From Octopus sinensis (taxonomy: Eukaryota): a DNA stretch of 64,000 nucleotides. Both the position numbers and the translations under genes were made by a program. The stretch covers positions 30,132,001-30,196,000 of the forward strand of contig NC_043008.1 in assembly GCF_006345805.1 (NCBI RefSeq). The letters run 5' to 3'. The stretch's first letter is position 1, and each line of letters begins with the position of its first letter. Shown here in pieces: positions 1 through 11,636 of this stretch. A model generated the notes under the pieces. It made no database searches and had not been told where the DNA came from. It saw nothing but the letters and a program-made list of their open reading frames with translations.

Positions 1-30
1 TCGGTTTAAAAAAAAGAAGAAGAATCCAGT

Positions 31-225
31 AGGCACAATACCTCAAATCTGGGGAAGGAGACTAGTCCATTACATCGTCCCCATCGTTTGACTGATACTT
101 CATCAACCCCGAAAGGATGATAGTCAAAGTGGGCACTGTCGGCATTTGAATTCAGGAAGTAAAGCTGGACGAAATACCACTAAACATTTTGTCCGTTACG
201 CGAACGATTCTGCCAGCTTACCGCC
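31..225 (-). mobile_element. tRNA-derived SINE, family A (octopus-type)
   Basis: Reverse complement reads GGCGGTAAGCTGGCAGAATCGTT (A-box-like)...CTGAATTCAAATGCC (B-box-like)...CATCCTTTCGGGGTTGAT...GATGTAATGGACTAG; matches other copies in the window. Confidence 0.8.
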
Positions 226-713
226 AATAAGAATTTCTCATTCGAACACCTCAGTTGAGGACACTCATACACTTCTCTTGAAAATTGTTCGCTTATTGAC
301 AAAGCTGGAAAAGTTTATTATAGTGAGACTGATACAATGATGAATAGCAGATTAAATCTTTTTTACTTCAGAATTACTATGGGATTGAGGTTGCTTTTCC
401 CTTTAAACTGTCTAATGACTAACAGTAATATACTGGACATCGATTCAAATCTATTATATCTTCCCAGTCATTCATGTCCGTGTACCTTTGTTACAAACAC
501 TGATTATAATTATTTCATAAAAGCGTTGAGAATTACCATCTGCTATTGTAATGCATCTACAGTGGATATTTGGTCAATCTGAATACAGTAATCGATTAGC
601 AAAATGTATTAAAAATAAGTGGAACGGCCTTGATTTTGATGAAGAAGACTGAGTTGTTCAATCAAATAAACAACTCGCTCTTTTCAGTCTACAAAACGTG
701 GATGTAATTATTA

Positions 714-1205
714 GAGCGCCGATTTTGCGGTATTCGCCTTGAGAGTTTCACTCATATGGACGTACGGTGCTAAACGCACGGACATATATCGTGCCAGACA
801 CGAATAGTCTGGTGTAGGTGCCGGACCTGCCAGATCACCTGATTTCAGCGTACTATGCTTCATCAGTCACTGATGTTGCAAATAGATAGCAAGCTTATTA
901 AGAATTAATATTTACGACAGAGCTTTATTAATACGAAAAGGCAATCTTACATCCTACAGCACATGCATGTACTTTTAGAGCACAGAATCCTGCGGTTTTC
1001 GCCTTAAGATGTCGTCTCATACAGACATATGGTGCTAATGATACATATACCGTAACAGACGAGAACCGTCTGGTGTGGGCACCGAATGGCGATGCTACAG
1101 TATTCGGTACTCTAATAATACATCCCGGTTTAGTAGAATATTCAGATTGATCATTGTTATTAATACTGCTTGCATCGCTAAGAAAGTCGCTTTTCGCCTT
1201 AGCTT
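714..1205 (+). repeat. Diverged direct repeat, about 264 bp period
   Basis: 714-825 (gcggtattcgccttgaga...ggtgctaa...gtctggtgtaggtgccg) aligns with 978-1090 (gcggttttcgccttaaga...ggtgctaa...gtctggtgtgggcaccg); partial third copy ttttcgcctta near 1191. Confidence 0.65.
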
Positions 1206-2725
1206 GTGTATGTGTCTGGGTATTGCACTGATACAATGCTATCCCAACGGAGAATCTACATGACAGAATGTGTAGCAGGGGTGGGACTTAGAAGTTGCTC
1301 CAATCTTTTCAATCTTTCAAAACTTTTGTCTATTTCTAATATCACACTCATTGCTGGATTCCACTCGAGCTCATGATAAATTAATCTGCACCAAAACGTT
1401 ACGTAATGATAGCGAACCCAAAAGAGGTTCGTGCTATCCTCTGCCTTTAGTGGTATCACAAGCAAAATTTAGCTATGTACCGTCAGAGTCTAAGAGCAAA
1501 TCGTGTCTGAGCCGACATTCCCTTTTATTTAATTTTGGTCGATAAAATTATTTCCATTATAAAGTGCGGTTTGTTTAATTCAACACGCTACATATTAATG
1601 AATTGCCTTGTGGTATTATTTGAGATGCGTATTTAAGGGAATATTTCGCTCTGAAACTGGATTTACAACCTTATAGTATTTATTGTTTGTATGCATTTTC
1701 ATCTGTGGGAGATGTTTCAATAGATTATTCCCTTTATTATATAAGTTTGACCCACTGAAAAAAGATAAACATTAATACCATTAGCCCAATAAATACATTA
1801 GAGTTCAAGACGTTGGATTCGATTATGTTCCTGACATAAACACCTATCAAATTATCTTCATGTTTTATCGTTTAGCAATTCGACTGGTTTCTAGTTAGGC
1901 ATTATGCGATTATAACTATGCTATTATTTGTTTATATTCTCTAGAATATATAACAAATGGGATTGAAGTAACTTGCTTAATAATCATAAACATATAAACT
2001 AGATTATATATCACCTTCTATCCCAAACACACAGTTTTGTTGAAAATCGATAGAAATGGGTATATAAAAGACCTAATAAAGCATAAACGATAAGATATAT
2101 TACATCAAAGACGTAGTTATATGTATACTATAACAAACTCATTACTGTCCACTTTTACACGATTTTGACCATTTTTTCGCCATTAATGTCCTTGAAAAAC
2201 GCATAATTTGATAAATATTTATATCTGACACAAGAGGGACAGTATTACATTGATTATGAGGCATACACAAGACCAGATTGTTGATCTGAATGTTTCTCAG
2301 ATTTATTCGTTAAAAAATATATATTACTGACCTAAAATGTATATAAGAAAGCGATGAAACAGCTTCTAAAACCGATTTTGAGAAAAGCTTGCGCAACTTC
2401 AGAAGAGGAACTACATCAATGATAATCTCAGTTTCTTAAAGTGAGCTGTCGAAGAACAATTTTGTCGCTTGTTAGAGGTATCACAACATTTCTTATCAGA
2501 AAATCTGTCAGAATTTGACTCGTTTCTAGAAAATTTCATGCAGCCAGTGGAAAAGAACTTACATATTATTCCTAATTTGTGTATGAAGTGCTATGAATAG
2601 ATGCTTGATTTTATATCTATTAATATCAATTGTGCATTTCTAGTATATTTAAATTGCTGCTTCACATCTTTCAAGCAAATATACACAAACATGCAGGAGC
2701 GCATTTGCGCACAATTGCTCAGGCA

Positions 2726-2761
<36 letters not shown>

Positions 2762-3599
2762 TACACACACTCAGATGACCCATCCGATCGTTATCCGTTT
2801 TATCATTGGATACATCAGCACCGACATCCAGAGTCTATGATCTGTAAATCCAGCTATGATTACATGAAATAATCTTTGACGTCAACTGTGCCACTAAAGC
2901 AATTATTTATCATAGAGATCAATAAAAGAGATGAACCATTGAAGACTTAACTTTAATCAAGAAGACAATTGTAAAATTAAATTACCTGGTGTAGGTCTTT
3001 GTTATTTTTAATGAATAATGACTTGGATTTATGTGAGACAGGATGGAGAGAGAGTGGCAGTGCCTTTGTACGCGCCTGTTTAGTTGAGATCGTTAATAAA
3101 TATACACCAGTACATGCACATAACTACACATCACCTATACATAATGAAGTGTTTACATTTACATTCACGCATACATATGCTCTCAAACACATGCACACAC
3201 ACACACTCACACACACACATATTAAACTAGATAGATAGGTACATAGAGAGACAGACAAGCAGGCAGACACACAGAGAGATAGACAAACTATGGAAAGTTA
3301 CAATTATTTTGATAAAAATTGCAATTGAGTGAAAGAAATTAGTGAATAATTCTAGATGGGTTGGAAGAATAATAACTAATATATTTAATTCTGAATCAGT
3401 TAGACGCTACTGGTAGTTTTTTGCTCCGCAAACTTAGGAGACTGCCTGTATTTATTATTCTTACAGGCAACTGGCTTAAAGCAACTTAGCAGGAATTCTT
3501 GGTTCCACATATTGACATTGACTCGTATGTAAACGAAAAAATAAAGTAGCAAATATGAAAAATCGCTTTGGCGTCAACTATGAAAAATTTTTTTCATCA

Positions 3600-3715
3600 G
3601 AAACAGATTCAATAAATAGTAGGTTTACAAAGAATAAGTCCTGGAGTCGATTTGTTCTACGAAAGGCGGTGCGCCAGCATGGCTTCAGTCAAAATAACAA
3701 ACAAGTAAAAGAAGA
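3600..3715 (+). mobile_element. 3' fragment of SINE family B
   Basis: aagaataagtcctggagtcgatttgtt...aaaggcggtgcgccagcatggcttcagtcaaaat...aaacaagtaaaag matches the 3' end of the copy at 53086-53476. Confidence 0.65.
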
Positions 3716-5034
3716 AAAAATAAAAGAAAGACAAGGTGTTTACATTACGAAAATAATTACAGAAAGATTTGTCACAAATTTCGATTAAAAAATGAGAATA
3801 GGAAAGATCTAGCCAACATAAGAAATAACATTAACTAGTAAATACTAATAAGGCACAATATTAAGAGTGAATTGGTGGCATTATTGGTAGGTATGTCCAT
3901 TGATTGTCATGTAAACAGCATGTTTTGGCTGTTGTCAATCCGTCTCTCATTGTCTATCGTTACTTGGTATGCAGGAAATGAGGTTGAATGTGGATACAAA
4001 AATCTAAGTTTTACTTTCTACTTCAATTTATGACATACAAAAGATCATCTATAGGTCACTTCAGGATATGTATTGTATGCAGAAGTGAAATGAGGCGGGA
4101 GAGTTATTCACTGCCTTCACACGTGATAATGGACGCACGTGTGCATTTTGTTACTCTGCGTGTATGCGCGCGCTTGCGTATGCGTGTGTATGAGTGACTG
4201 TTGTAAATAAGAGTGTCTAAATGTTGTGACTGTATGCGTGTGCGTGCTTATATATCTAATATAGAGAATAAAAAGATGTTACCATGCCCCGTTGTGGAGT
4301 TAGAGTGTCTTGAACGTCTTGTTCTTTTTGTTCAGTCGGGAATTTCGCCCATGATATCAAGGTCTATGAAGATCAAATAGAACACAATGATATCAAGTCC
4401 AATAGAGATATATTGGTGTTTTTTATATATTTCATTTTTTTTTGCGAATTGTATTTATTTATAATCTTGCATAATACAGTGTCGTTGCAAGCGTTTCTGT
4501 GTCACAATTGAAGTCAGCCTTACACTGTCTTATAGACCCAAACACTGGGCTACTTGGTGGTCGATTAAAATATCGTACCACTTGATTGGAAATGGTAGAT
4601 ATGTCTTGTAACTTTTGAGATCGATGATGTATCTGCATTGTCCTGCTCCTTTCGGAGCATATTACAAAAGTAAAAACTGTACACGTTGTGTAAGAAGCAA
4701 TATATGATGGTCTGTTATAATGCATTCTTCAGCAGAGAGGGTGCCAGGCAGATCCCTACTTTTAGGATGCATTAGTAATTAAAAGGTTGAATCTTGCCTC
4801 TGGATATATTTCTGTCACAGAAAATGTGATGACATGGGATGCGCAACCCAGTATTAAATAGTCATTGCAAAGATTTTCTCTTTTGTCTTATACCCTAGGG
4901 GCAGTCCTTGTTATTGCAGCGTTCCGATCAATGCGTGCGCCCTCGATGATAAAATACTAGCAGCTGCGTGGCAAAACATTGTGCTCATTTATGATTTACC
5001 TGTCACGCTTTCTTTTAAAATTTATTATTTTATA

Positions 5035-5070
5035 CTAGCTGACCCCGTGCCGTAAAAAATGACGGCTAAT
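5035..5070 (-). mobile_element. Helitron-type 3' terminus
   Basis: Minus strand reads GCCGTcattttttACGGC hairpin, about 10 nt, then CTAG|T; this is the canonical Helitron 3' end pattern. Confidence 0.45.
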
Positions 5071-5163
5071 TGAAGTATTTCATAAGTAAATATGGATGGT
5101 AAATCAAATTTATACATTTGTCAATGTTAACATGTTAACATACATTCATATACATTATTTACA

Positions 5164-5385
5164 TTATTCATATTCGACGGATATTTGTCCTCACCTTGTT
5201 TGCTGTTAACACAACATTTCGGCTCATATACCCTCCAGCCTTCTTCAGGTGTCTTGGGGGTTCTCATTCCTAAGGTATTCTTCGAAACATTGTGTTAACA
5301 ACAAACAAAATGAGGACAAATATCCGTCGAATGTAAATAATTTAAATAATGTACATAATTCCCAATCTCTTAAATATAGAACTGT
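5164..5385. mobile_element. Foldback PLE-pLTR-like element with one-sided tail
   Basis: Inverted arms 5164-5221 and 5283-5340 (ttcgacggatatttgtcctca / tgaggacaaatatccgtcgaa), extra tail 5341-5385, HHR motif overlapping the left arm. Confidence 0.7.
5208..5253 (-). ncRNA. Minimal type-I hammerhead ribozyme motif (decayed)
   Basis: Minus strand: GACAC CUGAAGA A GGCU-12nt-AGCC GAAA UG UU GUGUU; stem I GACAC/GUGUU, stem II GGCU/AGCC. Confidence 0.7.
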
Positions 5386-6473
5386 ATACATTCACATACT
5401 TCCCTTGTACACGCACGCACACACGCACATATACTCACACAAAGATGAAACGCTATTCAATTGCTCTTTTCAGCGTTAAATGTTCATCATCCCATCAGTT
5501 TGCATCACTCCTTCCTTCCTTATTTATTTATCACCCCTTCCTTTGTTATTCCTATGTTGTGACGGAGAAAAATACAAGAGTATTATTAGAGTAGATATTT
5601 TGCAACCCGTAACTTAGCAGACACCGCTAAAGACACGCTGCAATAAGTACCAAGTCCGAACTGACAAACTTAAACTTTCAAACCAGCGTCCTAGTTTATC
5701 TGCTGTTCAATGGTTAAAAAAAAGAGAATTATATGTGCGTATTTATGCTTGTAAGTATGTATATATAGACGTGACTATAGATATACATGTGTATGTGTGT
5801 GTGAGTGGGTGTGTGTGTGGAGAGAAAGCGTGTATGAGAGATCGAACGAAAGAAGAGACTTTGTTCACAAGTTAATTAATTACTCGATCTAAATAATTTA
5901 TAAACAAGCCGTCCGGAATTTTTTATTATCTATTTATTTTCTACGTTATGTACTGTGTGATCTCTATAATTATGGTGAAGGTGAAAGAAAATGCAAGTTC
6001 TATCAGTTTGTTCTTTTGAAGTATAGAGAAGCAAGCTGAGTTTTGAATGCTGGGTTTGATTCAATCATTTAAAACTTAAGTCTCACGGTATAATTATGAG
6101 CGTGTATGTATGTACGCACACATATGCAGGCACGCACACACATAGAGCAAAAAACATACGCGCGCGTGTGTGTGTTTATGCTTGTGCGTATATAGACGTA
6201 TGTATGAACTTTTACGGTACGCGTGTGTGTGTGTATGAGTTTGTATATATATGAGTATATATTTGGCGAAAAATGCGATTGAAGATGTATACGTTTTCAT
6301 AGTGACGTATAAGTACACACGTGGGTCCGCGAGCGCACATGTGAGCGTATGACTAGCCATGTTTACGTGTTTACTAGGAACTTTTAATCTTATTTTATAT
6401 AAGTAGCAGAATTATAACACAGTAATTTCCCTTTATATAACGGTATTTTTCCATAGCGTTTTTCAGATGGCCA

Positions 6474-6534
6474 GATAACCGAAGAGATGGTGTTGTGGAT
6501 TTCCACTTCGGTATCTGAAACTCAGAGTTTTACC
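6474..6534 (+). ncRNA. Hammerhead ribozyme motif, U4C variant
   Basis: gauaa CCGAAGA GAU...GUGGA/UCCAC...AUC U GAAA CUC-A-GAG UU uuacc; lies in an element (about 6420-6640) homologous to 11525-11725 and ending at (TA)n. Confidence 0.6.
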
Positions 6535-6635
6535 TTGACTATTGAGTAATTGTAACATATTATTTTATAGATAACTTTCCTCTATTTACATAATATTGAG
6601 GTCTCTTTCTTTCTTTTGTTATCTTACCGTTTTTA

Positions 6636-6671
<36 letters not shown>

Positions 6672-6844
6672 CACGAAGTGTCATATAGTGGTTGATTGCA
6701 AGAAATGAGGAGTAGATAGATAGCCGAGAAGTGTCCTGTTTTCCATTTTCTCTGTCGTTATTTGCGTATATAACTCATTTGTTTTATTATTTCAAGTTGT
6801 TTACTATTGGTAACGGCCTGTAACCATATATGCGTATATAAATA

Positions 6845-7424
6845 TAAAACGGAACGAAAACGCAATAGAGGACAATCAAACATCGGAACAGATAGACGAT
6901 ACAAAGGCGGACAGGAAAAACAATTACTGGGACAGGGAAAAAAGAATGGGTCATTCGTGGTCTTTTTTCCTCAGTCAAGTTACCAGATGTGCTTACAGTT
7001 TCGGGCAGTTATACTTGCGACTGTTCGATCTGGTTGCCCCCAAGAATTGTAAGCTAAGTGCATTAGATATTTTGTAAGAAAGCTAGCGAATGTGTACGAC
7101 AACAGAGACAAAAATTGTAGAATATGGTACACAATTACAAAATACAAACAACAAGACTATAAAAACAAGTGTCATTCGACTGAGGACGAATCAAACTGAG
7201 CTAGCGTGTATAAAGTGAAAGACTTTATATTCTTGTTGCTGGTATTTGTAATGGTGTACCATGTTCTGTGGGGTATTTTTGCCTTTGTTTTCCCATACGT
7301 TCCTTAGCTTTCTTAGAAAATATCCAATGCTCTTAGCTTAGATTTTTTGGAGACAACTGATCGAACAGTCTCAAGTGTAACTGCTAAAAACTGCAAGGAC
7401 ACCTGGTAACTTGACTGAGGAAAA
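6845..7424. repeat. Diverged foldback element (about 190 bp arms) with left tail
   Basis: 6965-7156 (ttttcctcagtcaagttaccagatgtg...aacaaga) is the reverse complement of 7231-7424 (tcttgtt...cacctggtaacttgactgaggaaaa); related sequence at about 59925-60250. Confidence 0.7.
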
Positions 7425-7771
7425 TCAAAATCAAATATAATCATATCGAAGGGAAATGGAAATTAATAGAAATTTTCACTTACGTACTTCGTCCCTGTCT
7501 ACCAAATCTATTCACTAGGAATTAATCGGCCGGGGCTATAGTTAAAAGTACTTGCAGTCGGACTAAACTCATAGTTGCAACACAAGTTTCTTAGTTTGGT
7601 AGGCTACTTTATGAAATTTATTTTATCTATTTATATGCTATTAGTCCAATGTTTCTTTCACCGGTGACAAGTAGGTGTTATCTATTCATTTTATCATTGC
7701 GCTGTTCAATCAGCAAAACTCACATCACAAACTGTCGGTTTTCTGAGTATAGTCAAAACAATATATATAAC

Positions 7772-8095
7772 AATTGCAGCGTGGAAAGTATTCATAAGCT
7801 ATTTAAGAAACAAAAAAAAAACGTTAGATTCACTTCCACATTTAAATTTAATTTTCCAAATTATTTTCGTCGCTTTCAAATTTCCTGCTGCATCTCGGAT
7901 TTTGTCATTGAACAGGTCGCGGTCTCAAAGCGACGAAAATAATTTGGAAAATTAAATTTAAATGTTGAAGTGAATCTAACATTTTTTTTTGTGTTTCTTA
8001 AATGGCATATAAACACCTTCCACGCTGCAATTATTTTCGTTCCAGCACACGATCTCAGCTCAGGTCACTTGCTATGCAAGTACATCTCCATAATA
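7772..8095. mobile_element. Foldback PLE-pLTR-like element with one-sided tail
   Basis: Arms 7772-7876 and 7927-8032 are highly similar inverted repeats; tail 8033-8095 ends in a TA run; degenerate HHR-like core UUGAACA GGUCGC..GCGAC GAAA at 7908-7938. Confidence 0.7.
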
Positions 8096-8104
8096 TATAT
8101 ATTA

Positions 8105-8340
8105 GAGTAGGAGAGAAGAGAGAAAGAGACTAAGAGAGAAGAGGGAAAGAGAGTAGGGGTGAAGAGAAGTAGCAGTGAAGAGAAGTAGGAGTTGGGACAA
8201 GAGAGGAGAAGACAAGGAGTGTGAGGGAGCAGAGAGAAAGAGAGAAGAGAGAAAGAGAGTAAGGGAGAAGAGGGAAAGAGAGTAGGGGTGAAGAGAAGTA
8301 GGTGTCGGGGAGGATGTTAGATGAAGAGGGGAGGAGAGTT
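8105..8340 (+). repeat. Polypurine tract with internal direct repeat
   Basis: agaagagagaaagagactaagagagaagagggaaagagagtaggggtgaagagaagtag at about 8113-8171 is repeated at about 8243-8301. Confidence 0.7.
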
Positions 8341-8601
8341 GAGCCCAAATGGCGCAAAAGAGCGAAGTGAATGATAAACCCACCCACCCCCACACACACA
8401 CATGCAAAACACTGTTCACATTAAATCAGTTTAAGTCTGCGGAACTGTCTATTTTTTGCTTTCAGCTTTGCATCATTTAAAATAAATTTTAATGGACGTC
8501 ACTTAAAATTTCAAGTGAGATTCGCAAGGCGATATATATGCATTTGCATAAGTCTATAGACACTAAAAGATTCTTTGCAAGTGTGACAACTGAAACAATC
8601 A

Positions 8602-9940
8602 GGTATTCGTCTGCCGCTACGTTCTGAGTTCAAATTCCGCCGAAGTCGACTTTGCCTTTCATCCTTTCGGGGTCGATTAAATAGGTACCAGGTACGCACT
8701 GGGATCGATGTAATCGACTTAATCAGTTTGGCTGTCCTTGTTTGTCCTCTCTGCATTTAGCCCCTTGTGGGTAGTAAAGAAATAGGTATTTCAGCTCGCT
8801 GGACGGAGTGCTTAGCGGTATTTCGTCCGTCGTAACGTTTTGAGTCAAATTCCGACATGGTCGACTGATGGTAGTGGTTATTGTTGTTGATATTTCCCGC
8901 TGGGTTATTTTTGGGTGTCATTCCTTTGTGATTAATAAATGAAATAACGGCTTAGTACAGTAGGGGTGGGGTCGTAAAATAAAACCCCAGTTTACTACCG
9001 GTGTTGATGATACCTACTAGAAACTCCACTTCAAAATTACCTGTCTTACAACTAAAACAAACAAGCATAATAGAAAAGACCTGAACAACGCAGACAAAGT
9101 AAACGAAGACGTCAGGAAAAGAACTGTAGTTATTATTATCATCATTTGTAAGGCAGAGAGCATGCAAAATCGTAAGCAACCCGGTCAAAATGCTTAGCGG
9201 AATTTTCGCCCGTCTTTACGTTCTGAGGTTGACTTACCCTTCTATCCTTTCCGTGTTGATGTACGCACCAGTAATCTACCTCCTCAAAATTTCAGGCCTT
9301 GTACTTATAGTAGAACAAGTAATTATCATTATTTATAAGGTGGTGATCTGACAGAATCGTTAGCATAACGGGCAAAAATTCCTAGCGGCATTCTGTCTGC
9401 CTTTACGTTCTGAGTTCAAATTCCGCTGTGGTCGGCTTTGCCTTTTATCATTGCGGGGTGGATAAAATAAATACCAGTTGAAAACTAGGGTCCATGTAAT
9501 AGACTTACCCCCCCACACACACACACACACATCCACCCCGAACCTACTGGCTTTGTGCTTAAATTTGAAACCATTATTATTATTTGTAATGTGGCGAGAT
9601 GGCAGAATCGTAACATTTCGTTTGTCTTTAATTTCTGAATTCAAATTCTGCCGTGGTCGACTTTTCCTTTTATCCTTTCGGAATCGACAAAATAAGTACA
9701 AGCTGAACGATGGGATCAATACTATCGACTTACCCGTTCCTCCAAATTACTGCTAAATCATTAGCACGTCGGGCAAAATGTTTTGCAGCATTTCGTCCGT
9801 CTTTATGTTCTGAGTTCAAATTCTACCGCGATCGACTTTATCTTTCATCCTTTCAGGGTCGACAAAATAAGTACTGGAGTTGACGTAACTGATTTGACTG
9901 CTCCCTCCAAATTTCTGGCCTTCTGCAAAAAATTGAAATC
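8602..9940 (+). mobile_element. Cluster of five or more head-to-tail SINE family A copies
   Basis: Recurrent ggcagaatcgt..ggcaaaatgcttagcgg..ttacgttctgagttcaaattccgcc..gtcgactttgcctttcatcctttcggggtcga at about 8602, 8795 (partial), 9160, 9338, 9590 and 9758; copies are separated by (ATT)n. Confidence 0.8.
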
Positions 9941-10130
9941 ATTATTATTATTTATAAATTACGAAGTTGTCCATCCTACTAGGTACTACCAATACTTGAT
10001 CACTGGTTACAATAAACGAGCCCAATTTTTACCGAAGTAACTGCAGAAGTATGGAGTTTACTATTCGAATTGCCTAATATATTTATACCTCTTAGATCTT
10101 CTGACCTTCTATGATTCATATATGTATGTA

Positions 10131-10293
10131 TATTATTGTGTCTCGGGAGAGTCATTCTCTTTTAGTGTCTTATCAATTCAACACACTCACCGATTTCCAC
10201 TCATTAACTTATTTATTTTTATTAAAATTTTCGTTGCGATTTGCAACCTATTAGTAAAAATAAATAAGTGAATGAGTAAAAATTGGTGAGTGT
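10131..10293. repeat. Short foldback element with left tail
   Basis: Arms 10183-10225 and 10251-10293; the spacer retains GGUUGC..GCAAC GAAA on the minus strand (HHR stem II remnant). Confidence 0.6.
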
Positions 10294-10365
10294 TAAGTTC
10301 ATAAAGAATCTTGCATACCAAATATAAAAACGAAATATATATACACACACACTCACTCACACACG

Positions 10366-10454
<89 letters not shown>

Positions 10455-10456
10455 AG

Positions 10457-10535
10457 TCCAGTTCACTCAGCCGTAGAAATAAGTTGTGACGTCACTGGTA
10501 CAGATTTGTGCTTGCGACCGGAACTTTCTAGACAG
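10457..10535 (+). mobile_element. Fragment of SINE family C
   Basis: ccagttcactcagccgtagaaataagttgtgacgtcactggtac matches 37511-37552. Confidence 0.6.
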
Positions 10536-10946
10536 AATTGGGGCTTTACCATATATATATATATATAGAACCTGCTTTTTTATTATGTTCTCGTACATTT
10601 TTTTAGATGTGTGTTTCTATACGCGTGTGAGTATATGTATACGTATGCATATATTAAATGTGTATTTGTATTATATATTTACGCATGTATGTATATCTGC
10701 GGTCGTAAGGGTGTTGATAGGAGGGTGTATATGTATGTATGTGTATATGTGTATACATATGTACATATGTGTATATTCATATATGCGGTGAGGGTGAATA
10801 CATGCCTGTACGAGTATGTATATATGTATGAGTATATTTTATATGGATAAATGTCTAATATATTTGTAAACATACAACTATGTGGATATGAAGATGAATT
10901 TGCGTACATATATAAGTATGTGTGTATATTTATACATATACGTGCA

Positions 10947-11335
10947 TATATATATATGTATATCAGTGTGTGCGTTTAGAGATGTGTATATGAGCACGTA
11001 AATGCACGTATATTTTTGTGTGTGTATGGGCATACATGAGCACCACCAGCTTAAATATTTTTTCCTCTGTCTTCCCTTCTTGGGATCTTTCCTTCTCCTT
11101 GTTTCCGACGAGGAGCTCCGCTCGAAACGTTAAACCCTCCTTCCCTTCTTTCCTGAGCGTCAATAATACTTTAATTGTTCCACGTCCTCGCGTTGCTGTT
11201 TTTTTCTCTCTTTTTTTCTGTGTTTTGTTGTTTGGATTAACTTTATATATATATATATACACATGTATGTATGCCCATATACACACAAAAAATATACGTG
11301 CATTTACGTACACACATCTCTAAACGCACACACTG

Positions 11336-11351
<16 letters not shown>
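10947..11351. repeat. Inverted duplication of flanking DNA around an HHR-bearing insert
   Basis: 10947-11037 and 11267-11351 are near-identical inverted copies (atatcagtgtgtgcgtttagagatgtg.. / ..cacatctctaaacgcacacactgatat) enclosing 11038-11245. Confidence 0.75.
11101..11135 (+). ncRNA. Minimal hammerhead ribozyme motif, U4C variant
   Basis: GUUU CCGACGA G GAG-cuccg-CUC GAAA CG UU AAAC; stem I GUUU/AAAC, palindromic AACGUU in place of stem III. Confidence 0.7.
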
Positions 11352-11391
<40 letters not shown>

Positions 11392-11575
11392 GTTTGTGTG
11401 AGTGTGTAGGTATGTGGACTTTACGAACGCAAAAGGTTTTATATATATCGTGAGAATATAGTTGTATGTATTTTTTATAATTTTAATTTTTTATTTTTTA
11501 TCTTTTGTAATTTCTCCTGTCTATTAGAGTAATTTCTCTTTTATTCAACTGTTTTTTCATAGCGTCTATTGTCAA

Positions 11576-11636
11576 AATAGCCGACGAAAATGCATCGTAG
11601 CTCTTAGCCCCGGCATTTGAGACTCTGAGTCCTATT
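11576..11636 (+). ncRNA. Hammerhead ribozyme motif, U4C variant (GAAA decayed to GAGA)
   Basis: AAUAG CCGACGA AAAUGC-19nt-GCAUUU GAGA CUC-U-GAG UC CUAUU; all three stems pair, GUC cleavage triplet. Confidence 0.7.

Noticed and set aside
2380-2570. Possible Tc1 transposase C-terminal remnant
   Set aside because: Only vague peptide similarity; no DDE motif or clear TIR
4300-4950. Higher-complexity segment, possible LINE remnant or exon
   Set aside because: No continuous frame or diagnostic motif could be read
6945-6980. CUGAGGA...GAA on the minus strand (similar CUGAAGA GGCA..UGC GAAC at about 59990-60015)
   Set aside because: Stem I or II and GAAA-UH cannot be completed; not counted as HHRs
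8602-9940. tRNA genes suggested by A/B-box motifs
   Set aside because: No cloverleaf or anticodon arm; these are SINE heads
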